Origin: an uncultured Dehalococcoidales bacterium
GTDB lineage: Bacteria; Chloroflexota; Dehalococcoidia; Dehalococcoidales; G020351185
Reading direction: 5' to 3'
Assembly (NCBI GenBank): GCA_964354125.1
Contig: CAYGXW010000004.1
Span: forward strand, 1 to 60,616
Length of the DNA stretch: 60,616 nucleotides
Each line of letters opens with the position of its first letter. Position 1 is the first letter of the stretch. Both the position numbers and the translations under genes were made by a program. Shown in pieces: positions 58,744-60,616 of this stretch. The notes under the pieces are model-generated. The model had not been told where the DNA came from and ran no database searches. It worked only from the letters and a program-made list of their open reading frames with translations.

Positions 58744-59565
58744 ATGACAGCAACAACACACAAAATCTACATTGGCGATGCTGAAATAGTATTAAAGAAA
58801 CTGCCCGATAACTTCTTCCAGTTGATGGTTACCTCTCCTCCATATTGGAATGTTAGAGACTATGGGCATAAAGACCAAATAGGGCTAAATGATACCCTAG
58901 AAAAATACTTAGATAGATTAAACAGTGTATGGAAAGAAGTGGTGAGGACTTTGCTACCTGACGGAAAGATAGCTCTAAATATTGGGAATATTTATTACTC
59001 CGAACCTGATGAAAAAAGAAGAACAACGGCTAATTTATCCCTCTTGACATGGCAACAGTTGAACAATATTAAAAGTTTAAGATTTATGGGAACTATTTAC
59101 TGGCAAAAAACGACATCAAGGGATGGTGCTGTTCTTTTTGGGAGCTATCCGTACCCAACAAATTTTATGATTTCCAATGCTGTTGAACCAATCCATATTT
59201 TTAGAAAAGTTGGTAAAAGAGAAATGCCGAAGGAAATTAAAGAAAGGTCAAAAGTTACACCTGAAGAATTTAGAAAGTTTAGGGATGCTATCTGGAATGA
59301 CATCAATGGTGTTGAAGATACGCATTGTGCTGCCTATCCGGTAGAATTGCCTGTAAGACTAATAAAAATGTTTTCGTATGTAGAGGACTGGATACTAGAC
59401 CCGTTCTTGGGAAGCGGAACAACAATGAAGGCTGCGAAAGAGTTGGGGAGAAATTCGGTAGGGATAGAATTAAACCCTGACTATTTAACGAGAATTGAGG
59501 AAAAAGTGGGCGTCAGACAAATTGAGATGTTTACTGGCACTAAATTTGAGGTAATTAGATTGTGA
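58744..59565 (+). CDS. Beta-class N4-C/N6-A DNA methyltransferase
   Basis: TSPPYW near the N-terminus; HCAAYP and DPFLGSGTT near the C-terminus. Confidence 0.9.
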   Translation: MTATTHKIYIGDAEIVLKKLPDNFFQLMVTSPPYWNVRDYGHKDQIGLNDTLEKYLDRLNSVWKEVVRTLLPDGKIALNIGNIYYSEPDEKRRTTANLSLLTWQQLNNIKSLRFMGTIYWQKTTSRDGAVLFGSYPYPTNFMISNAVEPIHIFRKVGKREMPKEIKERSKVTPEEFRKFRDAIWNDINGVEDTHCAAYPVELPVRLIKMFSYVEDWILDPFLGSGTTMKAAKELGRNSVGIELNPDYLTRIEEKVGVRQIEMFTGTKFEVIRL

Positions 59566-60323
59566 CCAGGGATGAATTGATAAAACTAGGGTCTAAAACA
59601 GCAAAAAGTGGTTTTAAGACTGAAAAAGATATAGCCAAGAAGTTTAATAACTGGCGAGCTGATGAAGATGCACAGCAATGGCTTACCATAATGGGTTACG
59701 ATTTAAAGAAGATTGAGAAAGTTAAAGCTATAATCATAACAGGTAGTCATAAAACAGACGTTCAAGTCCAAATAACCATTTATCTTAAAGGGGCTATTTC
59801 AGTAGAAAACCTATCCGTTAAATTAGTAAGTAATCCTCAAGGATTTAACCAAATTGATAAGCGCTGGGTTGGTAAATATGCTGAAATGTGGAATATCCCG
59901 GAGAAAATCGAAGAAGCATTAAAGCTATTTACCGGAGAGACAAAACCGAAGAGACAAAATTTACGAGACCCAAGAAGAATGTTCTTGGATGAAATGGAAG
60001 CCCAAACTCAAAAACTTATTGTGGACTTTTTCGAGAAGAATAAAATTTTAGTCGTTTCAGATATCCTGAAAGGTAGTGATGAATTTCCTGCTAATTGGAT
60101 GATGGTCGTTTTGAAAAAGAAAAATGAAAATCCCGAATGGGTGTTGAAACATATTAACCATGCTTTAAATGTGTTTGGTAGTGGTGATGTCAGAGTTACT
60201 GACAGAGGAAGTTTAAGAATTGGCAAGATTACAATGCAAAGAAAAGGTGGTGACGGGGGGAGAGAGACATCAAAAATGCTCCAATTCAAGATAAATCCTA
60301 TAGAACTTTTTCATACCACATAA
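59562..60323 (+). CDS. HinP1I-family type II restriction endonuclease
   Basis: LGSKTAK.GFK.EKDIA, VKLVSN..GFNQIDK.W and QRKGGD.GRET..MLQFKI.P match my recollection of R.HinP1I. Confidence 0.85.
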   Translation: MTRDELIKLGSKTAKSGFKTEKDIAKKFNNWRADEDAQQWLTIMGYDLKKIEKVKAIIITGSHKTDVQVQITIYLKGAISVENLSVKLVSNPQGFNQIDKRWVGKYAEMWNIPEKIEEALKLFTGETKPKRQNLRDPRRMFLDEMEAQTQKLIVDFFEKNKILVVSDILKGSDEFPANWMMVVLKKKNENPEWVLKHINHALNVFGSGDVRVTDRGSLRIGKITMQRKGGDGGRETSKMLQFKINPIELFHTT

Positions 60324-60328
60324 CAAAC

Positions 60329-60616
60329 TCAATCTATAGCCTGCTTAAACTCCAACCTTAAAACCTTCATTGTTTCTTCAGTAACTTTAACCCTATCATC
60401 TATGCGATAGCCTACCAGCCAGACGACTTGCGTTGGTGAATAGACGATAGGGATTCGCTCCCGCCAGGCACGGGGGATTCGGGCATCAATCATAAATCTA
60501 TTTAGCTTCTTAGGCTGGCTTAAACCCAATGGTTGAAAGTGGTCTCCCGTCCTGCGACTACGAACCTTTAATTTACTACCAGTTTTATCAAGGTCAAGGT
60601 GGGCGGTAAGGCTATT
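60329..60616 (-). CDS. tilS: tRNA(Ile)-lysidine synthetase, C-terminal part (truncated by the window edge)
   Basis: R..GD.FQPLG...KKLNRFMIDARIPRAWRERIP...VVWLVG TilS C-domain pattern. Confidence 0.85.
   Translation of the reverse strand, partial: NSLTAHLDLDKTGSKLKVRSRRTGDHFQPLGLSQPKKLNRFMIDARIPRAWRERIPIVYSPTQVVWLVGYRIDDRVKVTEETMKVLRLEFKQAID

Overview
60.6 kb of a bacterial chromosome. Gene content and order (prs, secA, valS, coaBC/coaX, rho, pyrG, dnaJ-hspR-clp, purF/M/H, pncA/B, tandem large BNR/FN3 surface proteins) suggest Chloroflexota, probably Dehalococcoidia; this is an inference from protein style and was not searched. Most of the window is housekeeping backbone interrupted by small AT-richer insertions: two type II R-M pairs (MvaI/BcnI-like and HinP1I-like), an orphan PD-(D/E)XK-like gene and a HEPN-like gene with an in-frame amber stop. 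The most striking structure is at 18580-24000. An intact tRNA(CAT), probably Ile2, is followed by five more copies of its own 3' end, dividing 5.3 kb into five 0.7-1.5 kb units. Four units hold one co-oriented gene each (Xaa-Pro peptidase, octaheme HAO-like cytochrome, zinc-ribbon membrane protein, unknown membrane protein). The fifth holds a structured RNA/14-aa peptide unit and a convergent 50-aa membrane peptide. No integrase is present in the window. The repeats carry compensatory T-stem variants, so they appear to come from different tRNA alleles. Other observations: purM appears to start at a non-canonical ATT codon, a dispersed family of multi-hairpin polypurine/polypyrimidine repeats occurs four times, and three small ORFs missing from the ORF track were found. 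All product calls come from motif recognition by eye; no database searches were run.
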